From: an uncultured Anaerolineales bacterium
Lineage (GTDB): Bacteria > Chloroflexota > Anaerolineae > CG2-30-64-16
Reading direction: 5' to 3'
Assembly: GCA_964551735.1 (NCBI GenBank)
Contig: CAZKEF010000014.1
Location: forward strand, 54,820 to 118,819
DNA length: 64,000 nt
Shown here: positions 9,600 through 18,158 of the stretch, piece by piece
How positions within the stretch are numbered: the stretch's first letter is position 1
Layout of the letters: each line of letters begins with the position of its first letter
Position numbers and translations under genes: made by a program
The notes under the pieces: generated by a model
Databases searched by the model: none
What the model was told of the DNA's origin: nothing
Seen by the model: only the letters and a program-made list of their open reading frames with translations

Positions 9600-11666
9600 T
9601 CACCCTCGCCCTGCAAACAGCGCCAGCAGCGCCGGACCGCGCACGAAGACCGGGATGCGCGCCAGCGGCGCGTCGGCGGTGATGGTGACGCCGCCCACCT
9701 GCGCCGCGCCCGTCCAGGCATCGTACCACACCGCCCCCGCCGCCGCATCATCGTAGGGGCGGGGTTCCCCTGCCCTGGCTGCATCGGCGGTCTGCGGCCG
9801 CGGGCAGGGAGACCCCGCCCCTACGAGCGCCGGCAGGTAGACCGAGCGGCCGGTCGCGCCCTGCCGCAAGACCGGCGCCACCAGCACATCCGGCCCGAAC
9901 ATGAACTGATCCTCGACCTCGTAGCAGGCCGGATCATCGGGGAAGTCGAAGAAGAGCGGCCGCATGGGCGGCGCGCCGGTCGCTGCAGCAGTCGCCATCT
10001 GCGCCAGGATATACGGCTTCAGGCGCTCCCGCAAGAACAACAGGTCGCGGATGATAGCGTAGGCCTCGTCGCCGAACGACCAGGCCTCGTTGGGGCCGCC
10101 GGCGTCCCACCCCACCGTCGGCTGGCGCATCCCGTGCAGCCGGAAGAGCGGGCAGAAGACGCCGTACTGGAACCAGCGCACGATCAGCTCGCGGAAGATC
10201 GGATCGGCCGGATCGCCGCCGTGGAAGCCGCCGATATCGGTCGTCCACCACGGGATGCCGCTGAGGCCGATGTTCAGCCCGGCGCGTACCTGGGCCCGCA
10301 GCGCCTCGAAGGTGGAGGGGATGTCGCCCGACCAGACCGCCGCGCCGTAGCGCTGGCTGCCGGCCCATGCGGAACGGCAGAGGGTCACGACGTCCGCCTC
10401 CCCCTCGGCCTTCATGCCTTCCCAGAACGCCTGCTGGTGCAGCAGCGGGTAGAGGCCGGCCACCTCCAGCCCGTTGCCCAGGTGATAGCGCAGGTTCTCG
10501 TGGTCGGGCGGATAGACCTCCGGCTCGCACGCGTCCAGCCACCAGACCCTGACGCCGTGGCGATAGTAGCCCTCGCGCACGCGCTCCCAGATGAAGCGCC
10601 GCGCCTCCGGGTGGGTGGCGTCGTAGTAGCGCAGGTGCACCGGGCCGTTCGCACCCACATCGGTGAACGCCATGTGGCTGGGCTGGCCGCGCTCGGCGCG
10701 CACCAGCAGGCCACGGCGGTCCATCTCCTCGTAGGTCTCAGCGGCCGGGTTCACTGCGGGCCACACGGACACCATCAGCTTGACCCCCAGGTCGTCCAGC
10801 TCACGCACCATCGCCGCCGGATTGGGCCAGGCGGCCGGATCGAAGCGCCACTCGCCCATGCGGGTCCAATGGAAGAAGTCGGCCACAATCACGTCCAGCG
10901 GCAGGCCGCGGCGGTGATACTCGCGCGCCACGGCGAGCAGTTCCTCCTGGCTGCGGTAACGCAGCTTGCACTGCCAGAAACCGACCGCCCACTCGGGTAG
11001 CACAGGCGCGTGGCCGGTCGCGTCAGCGTAGTGGGTCATGATCTCGGCGCAGGAGCCGGCCGTGACCCAATAATCCAACTGGCGGCTCGCCTCGGCAACC
11101 CAGCGCGTGCCGTTGCAGCCCAGTTCCACCCGGCCGACCGCGGGGTTGTGCCACAGGAAGCCGTAGCCGCGGCTGGAGACCAGGAAGGGGATGCTGACCT
11201 CGGTGTTGCGGTGCCACAGATCCACTACGCAGCCCTTCTGATCCAACAGGCCGTGCTGGTGCTGGCCCAGGCCGTAGAAGCGCTCCCCGACGGCGGGCTG
11301 GAACTCGGCCGAGATGTGGTACAGGTCGCTGCTGGCCGGCTTGAACCCGCGCGCCGGCGGCCGGATGAAGCGCGGCGTTGGCTCGGCCAGCAGCAGCGCG
11401 CCGGTGGCCGTATCGGTAAAGCTGATCTGCCCCTCGACGGTCACGTCGGCGCGCAGCCGGCCAACCCGAATAGTGGCAATCTCCGCCCCGACCGTGATCT
11501 CGGCCGCGACCGGCGCAGGCGCCAGCAGCGCGCCCGGCAGCTCATCGCATACTTCGATGCCCTGGGTGGCGCGCACGCGCAAGCTATCGGCGCCCCACGG
11601 CTCGATGCGCACCGTCTCATGTCCGCCCCGCCACAGGAGGGCGTTTGGTTCGTGTGTAAATGACAT
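9600..11666 (-). CDS. Glycoside hydrolase family 31 (alpha-glucosidase/alpha-xylosidase, YicI-like)
   Basis: GH31 catalytic region WWLDACEPE and a conserved N-terminus MSFTHEPNALLW. The C-terminal region contains an in-frame ~70-nt perfect hairpin element (9752-9825). Start chosen at the internal ATG (11664-11666) just downstream of a REP-like element. Confidence 0.75.
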   Translation of the reverse strand: MSFTHEPNALLWRGGHETVRIEPWGADSLRVRATQGIEVCDELPGALLAPAPVAAEITVGAEIATIRVGRLRADVTVEGQISFTDTATGALLLAEPTPRFIRPPARGFKPASSDLYHISAEFQPAVGERFYGLGQHQHGLLDQKGCVVDLWHRNTEVSIPFLVSSRGYGFLWHNPAVGRVELGCNGTRWVAEASRQLDYWVTAGSCAEIMTHYADATGHAPVLPEWAVGFWQCKLRYRSQEELLAVAREYHRRGLPLDVIVADFFHWTRMGEWRFDPAAWPNPAAMVRELDDLGVKLMVSVWPAVNPAAETYEEMDRRGLLVRAERGQPSHMAFTDVGANGPVHLRYYDATHPEARRFIWERVREGYYRHGVRVWWLDACEPEVYPPDHENLRYHLGNGLEVAGLYPLLHQQAFWEGMKAEGEADVVTLCRSAWAGSQRYGAAVWSGDIPSTFEALRAQVRAGLNIGLSGIPWWTTDIGGFHGGDPADPIFRELIVRWFQYGVFCPLFRLHGMRQPTVGWDAGGPNEAWSFGDEAYAIIRDLLFLRERLKPYILAQMATAAATGAPPMRPLFFDFPDDPACYEVEDQFMFGPDVLVAPVLRQGATGRSVYLPALVGAGSPCPRPQTADAARAGEPRPYDDAAAGAVWYDAWTGAAQVGGVTITADAPLARIPVFVRGPALLALFAGRG
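9752..9825. repeat. ~24-bp-stem perfect hairpin element inside the GH31 C-terminal coding region; its 5' end GTAGGGGCGGG matches family C
   Basis: CGTAGGGGCGGGGTTCCCCTGCCC ... GGGCAGGGAGACCCCGCCCCTACG seen directly. Confidence 0.55.
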
Positions 11667-11694
11667 AGGATTACCCGAGATAGGATCATGCTCT

Positions 11695-11847
11695 GGCATC
11701 GAGACTTTAGCCGGTTTGTTGCTCAACGCGAGTGACCGGCTGAAGCCTCCATTCCATCGGATCGCGATGTTGCAGGATTCCTGGATTCGAGGCTTTAGCC
11801 GATTGGACTCGCAACTCAGAGAGACCGGCTGAAGCCTCGAATCCGGG
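11695..11847. repeat. Two tandem family-A REP-like elements immediately upstream of the GH31 start
   Basis: Direct comparison with the other family-A copies. Confidence 0.7.
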
Positions 11848-12981
11848 CTATCTCGTCTCCAGCGCCGCGCGAATCATCGCAAAATACCCCGCATCCGGCA
11901 CGTAATCCGGCACCGAGTTGCCCGTGCCCAGGGCATAGCCGCCGCGGCCGGCCGTGCGTTCCAGCATGGCGCGGGCGCGGGCGTAGACCTGGTCGGGCTC
12001 GGCCCGACAGACGAAGTCCACATCGATCCCGCCGATAATGGCGAAGCGGTCATGGTAGCGTTCATAGGCCTCTTCAACCGGCAGGATGGTGTCCTCGTAA
12101 GAATGGCGGGCATCAATGCCAATGTCGGCCATGTCACCCAGGATGCGCTCGAAGTGCCCGCACGAGTGCAGGATCACTGGCTTGCCGGCCGCGTGGATGG
12201 CCGCGACGATGCGCTTGTGCCACGGGAAGACGTACTGGCGCATCTGACGCGGGGAGAGCATGGTCTGCGTCTTGAAGCCCCAGTCGTCGTTGTCAATGCA
12301 CGCGCCCACGGCGGGATGCGCCGCGGCGATCTCATAGTAGCGCACCAACGTCTCGCCCACGGCCTCGAAGACGCACTCGACCAGGTCCGGGTCGTCGGCC
12401 AGCAGCAGGCAGAGCTTCTCGAAACCCATGATCTCAGTCACATTCTCCAGCACGCCGCCCGGCCCGTAGGCGATCAGCTTCATCCCGTCCGGCATTACCC
12501 CAGCCAGCGCGTCGAAAATACCATAGTCGGCCGCCTCGACATCCGGCCAGCGGTAGGCCTCGTAAGAGGGCCAATCCACGATCAGCCCGCCGGCGTTGAG
12601 CGACACCGTGCGGCCGGTGAAATCGCGGCCGGTGGGGAAATCGAAGCCCGGCACGCGCACGTTGCTGAAATCATAACCGGCGCGGTAATAGGCCTGCAAG
12701 ACCCGGCGCTCGGTGCGATACGGGCTGTCGGGAATGGAAGCCAGCGGCGCCAGCCGCTCGTGCAGCCGGTCGTTGAGGAAGAACTCGAACAGGGTAGGCC
12801 GCGCAGGGACCTCCCGGCGCAGGACGGCCAGCAGGTTGTTGAAATCAGGCCTGGGGGCCGGCAAATCGTACCAGTCATCCTGGAGTCGAGGCTTTAGCCG
12901 ATCTGTCTCCTCAAGGGAAGCAACCGGCTGAAGCCTCGATTCCGGATATTCTGCTGACACACTGGAAACCCCATCAATCAT
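11848..12981 (-). CDS. URO-D-like family protein, paralog 4 (H-x-C: ILHSCGH); N-terminal region reads through a REP-like element
   Basis: GGAGGGG SD 6 nt upstream of the ATG at 12979-12981 (MIDGVSS). Residues PESRLQPVASLEETDRLKPRLQ are encoded by REP element 12880-12948. A downstream in-frame TTG is an alternative start. Confidence 0.6.
   Translation of the reverse strand: MIDGVSSVSAEYPESRLQPVASLEETDRLKPRLQDDWYDLPAPRPDFNNLLAVLRREVPARPTLFEFFLNDRLHERLAPLASIPDSPYRTERRVLQAYYRAGYDFSNVRVPGFDFPTGRDFTGRTVSLNAGGLIVDWPSYEAYRWPDVEAADYGIFDALAGVMPDGMKLIAYGPGGVLENVTEIMGFEKLCLLLADDPDLVECVFEAVGETLVRYYEIAAAHPAVGACIDNDDWGFKTQTMLSPRQMRQYVFPWHKRIVAAIHAAGKPVILHSCGHFERILGDMADIGIDARHSYEDTILPVEEAYERYHDRFAIIGGIDVDFVCRAEPDQVYARARAMLERTAGRGGYALGTGNSVPDYVPDAGYFAMIRAALETR
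12880..12948. repeat. Family-A REP-like element, in-frame within the 5' end of URO-D paralog 4
   Basis: Sequence identity to the other copies. Translated as PESRLQPVASLEETDRLKPRLQ. Confidence 0.65.
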
Positions 12982-14161
12982 GGTAACCCCTCCATGCGCG
13001 GGCAGTCTCATACATCGCCGCCAAGTTGACGGCCGGGGTGCGCGGGGCCAGGTTGTTGGCTTCGCGCAGCACGAACCGCCCGCCCTCGCAAACGCCCGAA
13101 CCCAAGATGCGCGCCGTCTCGGCCCGCACGTCCTCCGGCGATCCATCACGCAGGATCATCACCGTCGGGCCGCCGTGGATCGTCACGTCCGGCCCCAGCT
13201 CGCGGCGGAGGCGGCCGTGATCCACCGGGAAGCCGGTCTCGAAGTCGTTGACGCCCAACTCATCCTTCAACCAACGGAAGTGCCGGGTCGCGTCGCCGCA
13301 CAGGTGGATCTTAACCTGCTCTGCGGTCGTAATACCCGCCTTCAGCTTGCGGTAGACGGGCAACATGAACTCACGCGCCATCTTGACCGAGATCAGTTGC
13401 AGGGCGTCATCGGCGAACCACATAGTATCCGGCGGATCCGGCAGCCCGAAGAAGCGGGCATGGGCGCGCACGCGAGCAATGGTGACTTCGGTGAGGAAGT
13501 CGAGCAGCGTGCGCGCATAGTCCGGGTCCTCGTAGAAGTCAGTGAACAACTCATGACCGCGCAGAGATACAGCCAGCGTCAGCGGGCCGCCGCTCCACCA
13601 GCCGAACGGGTCAACCTGCACCGGCCAACCGCGATACTCCGGCTCACGACGCAACCGCTCCTGCCACCGTTCGAGCATCTCGTGCGCCCGCCGGTACCAG
13701 CCCCTTCGACTTCGCTCAGGACAAGCGCCGGTCAGTGGATCGGGCAGGCCCGCGTCGAACAGCGCGTTCTTGCGATCGCCGGCCAAGATGGGTGGCGTAT
13801 CGGGCACCTGGCCCGGCAGAAAAAGCACCGGTGCGCCCAGATACGCGGCCTCGTCGAAGTTTTGCAGGTCAATCCGCACCAGCCACGCCTCTCGGTTCGG
13901 CGGCATCCCGACCGGATCATCGCAGAAGGGCGCGATGTGCTCGGCCCGCCAGGCCGCCGCGCGTAACTGGAAGTCCAGCATCGTATCGGCGTCCGTGCAA
14001 TAGCGCTCCCAGTCCACCGCACCGCCGGGGTTCACCGCATCGTTGTAGATGAAGAACTGCGTGGCCGTGCCCAGCGCGACCGGCGGCCGGATCGGCGCCC
14101 TCGCGTTGAACGCGTCCCAAACGGCCTGGGCTTCGGCGTTGTGTTCTTCACTGGAAGTCAT
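12974..14161 (-). CDS. URO-D-like family protein, paralog 5 (H-x-C: KIHLCGD, distal Cys SGVCEGG)
   Basis: Start MTSSEEH is preceded by GGAGCATCC. Family-like throughout. Confidence 0.65.
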   Translation of the reverse strand: MTSSEEHNAEAQAVWDAFNARAPIRPPVALGTATQFFIYNDAVNPGGAVDWERYCTDADTMLDFQLRAAAWRAEHIAPFCDDPVGMPPNREAWLVRIDLQNFDEAAYLGAPVLFLPGQVPDTPPILAGDRKNALFDAGLPDPLTGACPERSRRGWYRRAHEMLERWQERLRREPEYRGWPVQVDPFGWWSGGPLTLAVSLRGHELFTDFYEDPDYARTLLDFLTEVTIARVRAHARFFGLPDPPDTMWFADDALQLISVKMAREFMLPVYRKLKAGITTAEQVKIHLCGDATRHFRWLKDELGVNDFETGFPVDHGRLRRELGPDVTIHGGPTVMILRDGSPEDVRAETARILGSGVCEGGRFVLREANNLAPRTPAVNLAAMYETARAWRGYHD

Positions 14162-14275
14162 GGATGCTCCGTGGTGCGTATTGCGTATTACGTACTGCAC
14201 GCTGGCCCGATCTCCCTCGTCCCCCGTGTGTCATCGGTCGTCAGTCATCCGTCGTCGGTCGTCATTCGTCGTCCG

Positions 14276-15370
14276 TCACTCCCCCAACAACCCCTCCGCC
14301 CGAAACGCCTCAACGCACGCTGCGGCCTGCTCAGGGGTCAGGAAGCCGTCGTCACCGGTCAGGCAGAAGACGAAGCCCCTGCCGCCCAGCTCGCGCGCGA
14401 TGGTGAGCGCGCCCTCGGGCGACACGAAGAGCTGGCACAGCTTACCGCCGTCGCGAATGCGCTTCAGCAGCGGCAGCCACTCCTCCGGCGGCGGCGCGCC
14501 GTCGCCGGGGATCCACTGGATGCCCCGCAGCCGCTCGATGGTCAGCAGCATGTCCAGGTGTTTGATCTCGCCCTTGCCGTCCAGGTGGTAGAACGCATAG
14601 TCCAACGCATCACAGCACGCGGTCAGGTCCGGCAGGATCAGCCGCTCGAACATGCGCGGGGAAATCATGTAGGAGAAATCGCTTTGCAGCATGTAGCACG
14701 TGCCCGGCGCCCACAGCGGGCTCCAGCAGGAGGTGCCGCGGTTAGTAGCGGCTACCAGGCGGTGGAACTCATCGTAGTAGCGCAGCCAAAGCGGCGTGAT
14801 CTGCCGCGCCAGGCGGTCCACTTCATCCGGCGCGTCGTATAGATCGAGCAGGAGCTGCTGCGTGTCGCGCAGCGAGGCCAGGATGTCCAGGTTACCGCCC
14901 AGGTCGGTATGGCCGATCACCACGCGATTCCCCCAACGCTCGACTGCGGCGCGCGTGACCGCGGCGACGCGCTCCCACCAGGGGTTCTCCAGCGTGAACG
15001 CCAGGTTCGTCTCGGCCAGCGACGTGATGCCGCTGGGGTAGAACCATGTAGTGCCCTCGGATGCGCCAACGGGTGAGCCGAGAAACGCGGCGATGACGCC
15101 CGGCCCGAAGTTGGGCCACCACTTGGGGAACGCGTCGCCGGCCCACAGCAGCGCATCCATCTCCGCGGCGTAGTGGTCAATCACCGCTTCGGCCGACATG
15201 CTCAGCGGGAACCCGGTGATGTGATCCCACCAGGCACCGCCGCGATCCCGCCGTCGAGCCATGGCCTCGATCACGACCAGCGGCCGATCCAGTTCACCCT
15301 GCCACCAGGCGTTCCAATTGCGTGCGTTGCGAGCCCAATCCTCGTCATTGAATTGCAGGTAATGTTTCAT
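14276..15370 (-). CDS. URO-D-like family protein, paralog 6 (no H-x-C; YHLDG)
   Basis: 364-aa ORF, family-like. Repeat family C element lies in its 5' region (15387-15440). Confidence 0.6.
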   Translation of the reverse strand: MKHYLQFNDEDWARNARNWNAWWQGELDRPLVVIEAMARRRDRGGAWWDHITGFPLSMSAEAVIDHYAAEMDALLWAGDAFPKWWPNFGPGVIAAFLGSPVGASEGTTWFYPSGITSLAETNLAFTLENPWWERVAAVTRAAVERWGNRVVIGHTDLGGNLDILASLRDTQQLLLDLYDAPDEVDRLARQITPLWLRYYDEFHRLVAATNRGTSCWSPLWAPGTCYMLQSDFSYMISPRMFERLILPDLTACCDALDYAFYHLDGKGEIKHLDMLLTIERLRGIQWIPGDGAPPPEEWLPLLKRIRDGGKLCQLFVSPEGALTIARELGGRGFVFCLTGDDGFLTPEQAAACVEAFRAEGLLGE

Positions 15371-15386
15371 CTTGTCAACTCATATG

Positions 15387-15440
15387 TGGTAGGGGCGGGT
15401 CTTGCACGATTAACGCCAATCCGCCTTACCCGGCTGCAGG
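15387..15440. repeat. Family-C interspersed element (TAGGGGCGGGTTTCTGCGCGTTAAC ... CCGCCTTACYCGG)
   Basis: Copies at 24851-24908, 40468-40520 and 54770-54822, all immediately adjacent to gene ends. Confidence 0.6.
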
Positions 15441-15484
15441 ACCATCGCCATAAAAGCTCACTGTTGATGCAGAGCATTCCGTCC

Positions 15485-16498
15485 CTACCCCAACGCTGCT
15501 GGCGCAGGTCCGGAGGTCTCACCCAGCGTGAAACCCGGCGCCAGCAGGATCCCCTCGCTGCTGGACGTGCCTGCCAGGATAGCAAGTAGCATTTCAGCTG
15601 CACGGCGAGATAACTCTTCGGGGCGAACGTCCACGAATGTCGGGTGGAATGGCACGAGATTGCCGATGTTCGACTGGTCATGGCACACGATCGAAAGGTC
15701 GGCCGGGATGCGGCGGCCTGCCGCGGCCGCGGCCTGTGCTGCCCCCCACGCGGCCAGATCGTTCCACACGATCACGCCGGTGGTTTCGGGATGTTCTTGC
15801 AACAAGGCTGCGATGGCCTGCCGCCCTCCCTCCGTAGAAAGGCCACACGGCCAGACCACCGGCGCCAGGCCGTGCGCTGCACAACTGGCGCGATACCCGG
15901 CCAACATGCGCGCGCCGAAGCCGAACTCCGGGTCGTCCTGGTGCAGGCAGGCGACGTGACGGTGGCCCAACCCCACGAGGTGCGCCACGCTCTGCGCCAT
16001 CGCCGCCAGGATGTCAACGTCCACATACGCCAGGCCCGTGTTATCAGCGGTTTGGCCGATCAGCACGAACGGCAAGCCCGCGGCCTGCAAGGCTGCAATG
16101 CGAGGATCCTGTCGGCGCACCTGCATCAGGATGACGCCATCCAGCAGGCCGCTGTGAAAAAACGACGCCAGGCCATCGCCGGCGCGATCGGGCTGGGTCA
16201 GCAGCACGAACGCATAACCCGCCTGGCTGACCGCATTGGCCGCGGCCGAGATGGACCGCATCTCATAGCCGGCGATCTGAGGTGCGTACAACGGATAGAC
16301 AAAGCCGATGGCCCGCGAGCTGCCGGCCGCCAGGCGCTGGGCGATGGGGTTGGGATGGAAGTTAAGTTCAGCGATCGCCTGCTCGATGCGCAGTCGAGTC
16401 TCGGCCGCCACCGGCCGCTTGCCGCTGAGCGCGTGGGATACCGTGCTCTTGGTGACGCCCGCGCGGGCTGCGACATCGGCGATGGTGGCTCGTGCCAT
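15485..16498 (-). CDS. LacI-family transcriptional regulator
   Basis: N-terminal HTH MARATIADVAARAGVTKSTVSHALSG plus a periplasmic-binding-protein-like effector domain. GGGGAAAG SD before the ATG at 16496-16498. Confidence 0.85.
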   Translation of the reverse strand: MARATIADVAARAGVTKSTVSHALSGKRPVAAETRLRIEQAIAELNFHPNPIAQRLAAGSSRAIGFVYPLYAPQIAGYEMRSISAAANAVSQAGYAFVLLTQPDRAGDGLASFFHSGLLDGVILMQVRRQDPRIAALQAAGLPFVLIGQTADNTGLAYVDVDILAAMAQSVAHLVGLGHRHVACLHQDDPEFGFGARMLAGYRASCAAHGLAPVVWPCGLSTEGGRQAIAALLQEHPETTGVIVWNDLAAWGAAQAAAAAGRRIPADLSIVCHDQSNIGNLVPFHPTFVDVRPEELSRRAAEMLLAILAGTSSSEGILLAPGFTLGETSGPAPAALG

Positions 16499-16628
16499 CA
16501 GCTTTCCCCTATACTCAAAACTACCCGAACATGCCGGGCACTGACGGAGTGCCCGACGCGTTGCAGATGCAACCTTCTCCTGTGGATTGTGGCATATATG
16601 AACGGAGAGAATACCAAGTTGGTCTGCG

Positions 16629-16661
16629 CAAACCGGTTTGAGGATAACACAAACCGGTTTG
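16629..16661. promoter_or_regulatory. Two tandem perfect 12-bp palindromes CAAACCGGTTTG (16629-16640 and 16650-16661), candidate LacI-family operators
   Basis: Seen directly in the sequence. The sites are 21 bp apart centre to centre, in the divergent intergenic region between the lacI-like gene and the FabH-like gene. Confidence 0.45.
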
Positions 16662-16796
16662 ACTGTCAAGCGGCAAAAGTGCCTTTTTCCCCAATCCTCA
16701 GGACAGCGCCGAAATGGCGCGCAGAGCGCAACTCTCGCCTACGCCAGGTGTTGTGCCTGCTAAACCGACGTTAACTGTCATAAGGAAGGAAAACCC

Positions 16797-18080
16797 ATGA
16801 ACGAGACACCACGAGACGGAGGATCAGGCCCCCAGCCTATGTCATCGTTCTTCATGCGCTCTGGGGTCCAGGTGGATACGATCCCCATCGGCCCCGGTGT
16901 GCCAATTGGCATCGAGCGCGTCACACATCCTGGCATCGCGATCGGCGGCGCGTATGGCGCATGGGGCGCGGCATATGATAATGCAACGTTGCCAGCGCTG
17001 GTGGAGAAACACCTGGGCCAACCACTGCGGGACGACGAAAGGCTCAACCTGGCCGAGCTAGGGTTCCTCTCACGCCACCACGTGCCGGAGCTGGCAAACG
17101 AAGAACACGTAGCACTGGAAATGGAAGCAGGGACGCGCTACCTGACCGAAGCATGTCGCGCCAGCGGTTGGGACCCGGCTGAGGTGGATGGAGTGCTCCT
17201 GGGCATCACCACACCGGTCGTTCCAGACTTTACGGAGCGTATCGCGGCCAGGGCAGGCATTCCGGAGCGCGCGCTCAAAGTCACCATCCACAAAGCATGC
17301 GACGGCGCTGTGGCCGGCTTGAACCTGGCCCTGAACCCGGAACTAGTGAACGGCAATCTACCCGGCGACAACCTGGCGCAACTTCTGAACGGAAAGAAGG
17401 TGTTGGTGGGCGGCATCGAGGGTCTGAGCCGCGTAATGAAGGCGACCTTCGACCGGCAGGCGCTGCAACTATTCGGTACCGGCGCAGGGGTCTTTGGTGT
17501 CATACCGGGCCGGACTATGCGCTTCCTGGCGGGCGGCGCCCACGAAGCTTACGATGAAGAGGGCATGCTGCAAGTGCGAATGGCCTATCCGCATGCCGGC
17601 CGGCGGAGCCAGGGTGAGTCACTGATCGAGGTGACGCAGACTGGCGCACACAGTTACCGCGTGGCCGGCTTGATGCACGAACCCGCCACCGATTCCGACG
17701 CGGTGATCATGGCCGGACCGATGGGCATGGTCAAGCTGTTCGTGCGGAACGGTGTATCGGCGGTGCGCAGCGTCTATCGGGCGTACCAGGAGCGGTTGGG
17801 CCGTCTATCCATGCCGGGAAAGGAGCTGGCGGTCGCCATCGTGCACCACGCCAACTACAAGATCAACCAGCTCAAGGCGAAACAACTGGAGAAGGAAGGC
17901 ATCAACCTGCCGATGCCCTGGCTGTTGAGCGATTTCGGCAACGTCAGCGCGGCCTCAGCGATGATCGCGTTCCTGCGCAAGCTGCGCGACCTGGCGCCGG
18001 GCGACCACGTGCTGTTCGATGGCTTTGGGGCCGGCACATACTATGACGTGTTGGCGGTTGAGATGGGCGCAGGGGCATGA
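16797..18080 (+). CDS. FabH-like 3-oxoacyl-ACP synthase III family (thiolase fold) protein
   Basis: Catalytic triad context HKACDGAVAGL (Cys), HHANYKIN (His) and FGNVSAAS (Asn), plus the C-terminal GFGAGTYY. AGGAAGGAAA SD before the ATG. Confidence 0.7.
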   Translation: MNETPRDGGSGPQPMSSFFMRSGVQVDTIPIGPGVPIGIERVTHPGIAIGGAYGAWGAAYDNATLPALVEKHLGQPLRDDERLNLAELGFLSRHHVPELANEEHVALEMEAGTRYLTEACRASGWDPAEVDGVLLGITTPVVPDFTERIAARAGIPERALKVTIHKACDGAVAGLNLALNPELVNGNLPGDNLAQLLNGKKVLVGGIEGLSRVMKATFDRQALQLFGTGAGVFGVIPGRTMRFLAGGAHEAYDEEGMLQVRMAYPHAGRRSQGESLIEVTQTGAHSYRVAGLMHEPATDSDAVIMAGPMGMVKLFVRNGVSAVRSVYRAYQERLGRLSMPGKELAVAIVHHANYKINQLKAKQLEKEGINLPMPWLLSDFGNVSAASAMIAFLRKLRDLAPGDHVLFDGFGAGTYYDVLAVEMGAGA

Positions 18081-18094
18081 GCGTGTTGTTAGCA

Positions 18095-18146
18095 ACGACT
18101 TCAGTCAGCCGATAGCTGCAAGGCGACTGAAGTCGCTACTACGAGC
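18095..18146. repeat. Family-B palindromic element (AACGACTTCAGTCR ... CGACTGAAGTCGCTACTACGA)
   Basis: Second copy at 40399-40450. Confidence 0.6.
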
Positions 18147-18158
18147 AAACGTCTTCCC

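Noticed and set aside
7121-11000. Long plus-strand ORFs (7121-8308, 8447-9682, 9351-11000) opposite the GT1/oxidoreductase/GH31 genes
   Set aside because: Arg/Pro/Gly-rich with no recognisable domains. They are antisense to genes with strong family signatures.
15485-16669. Extended 394-aa version of the LacI ORF
   Set aside because: The first 57 codons are Cys/Pro-rich with no HTH. The internal ATG with SD (16498) gives a canonical LacI N-terminus.
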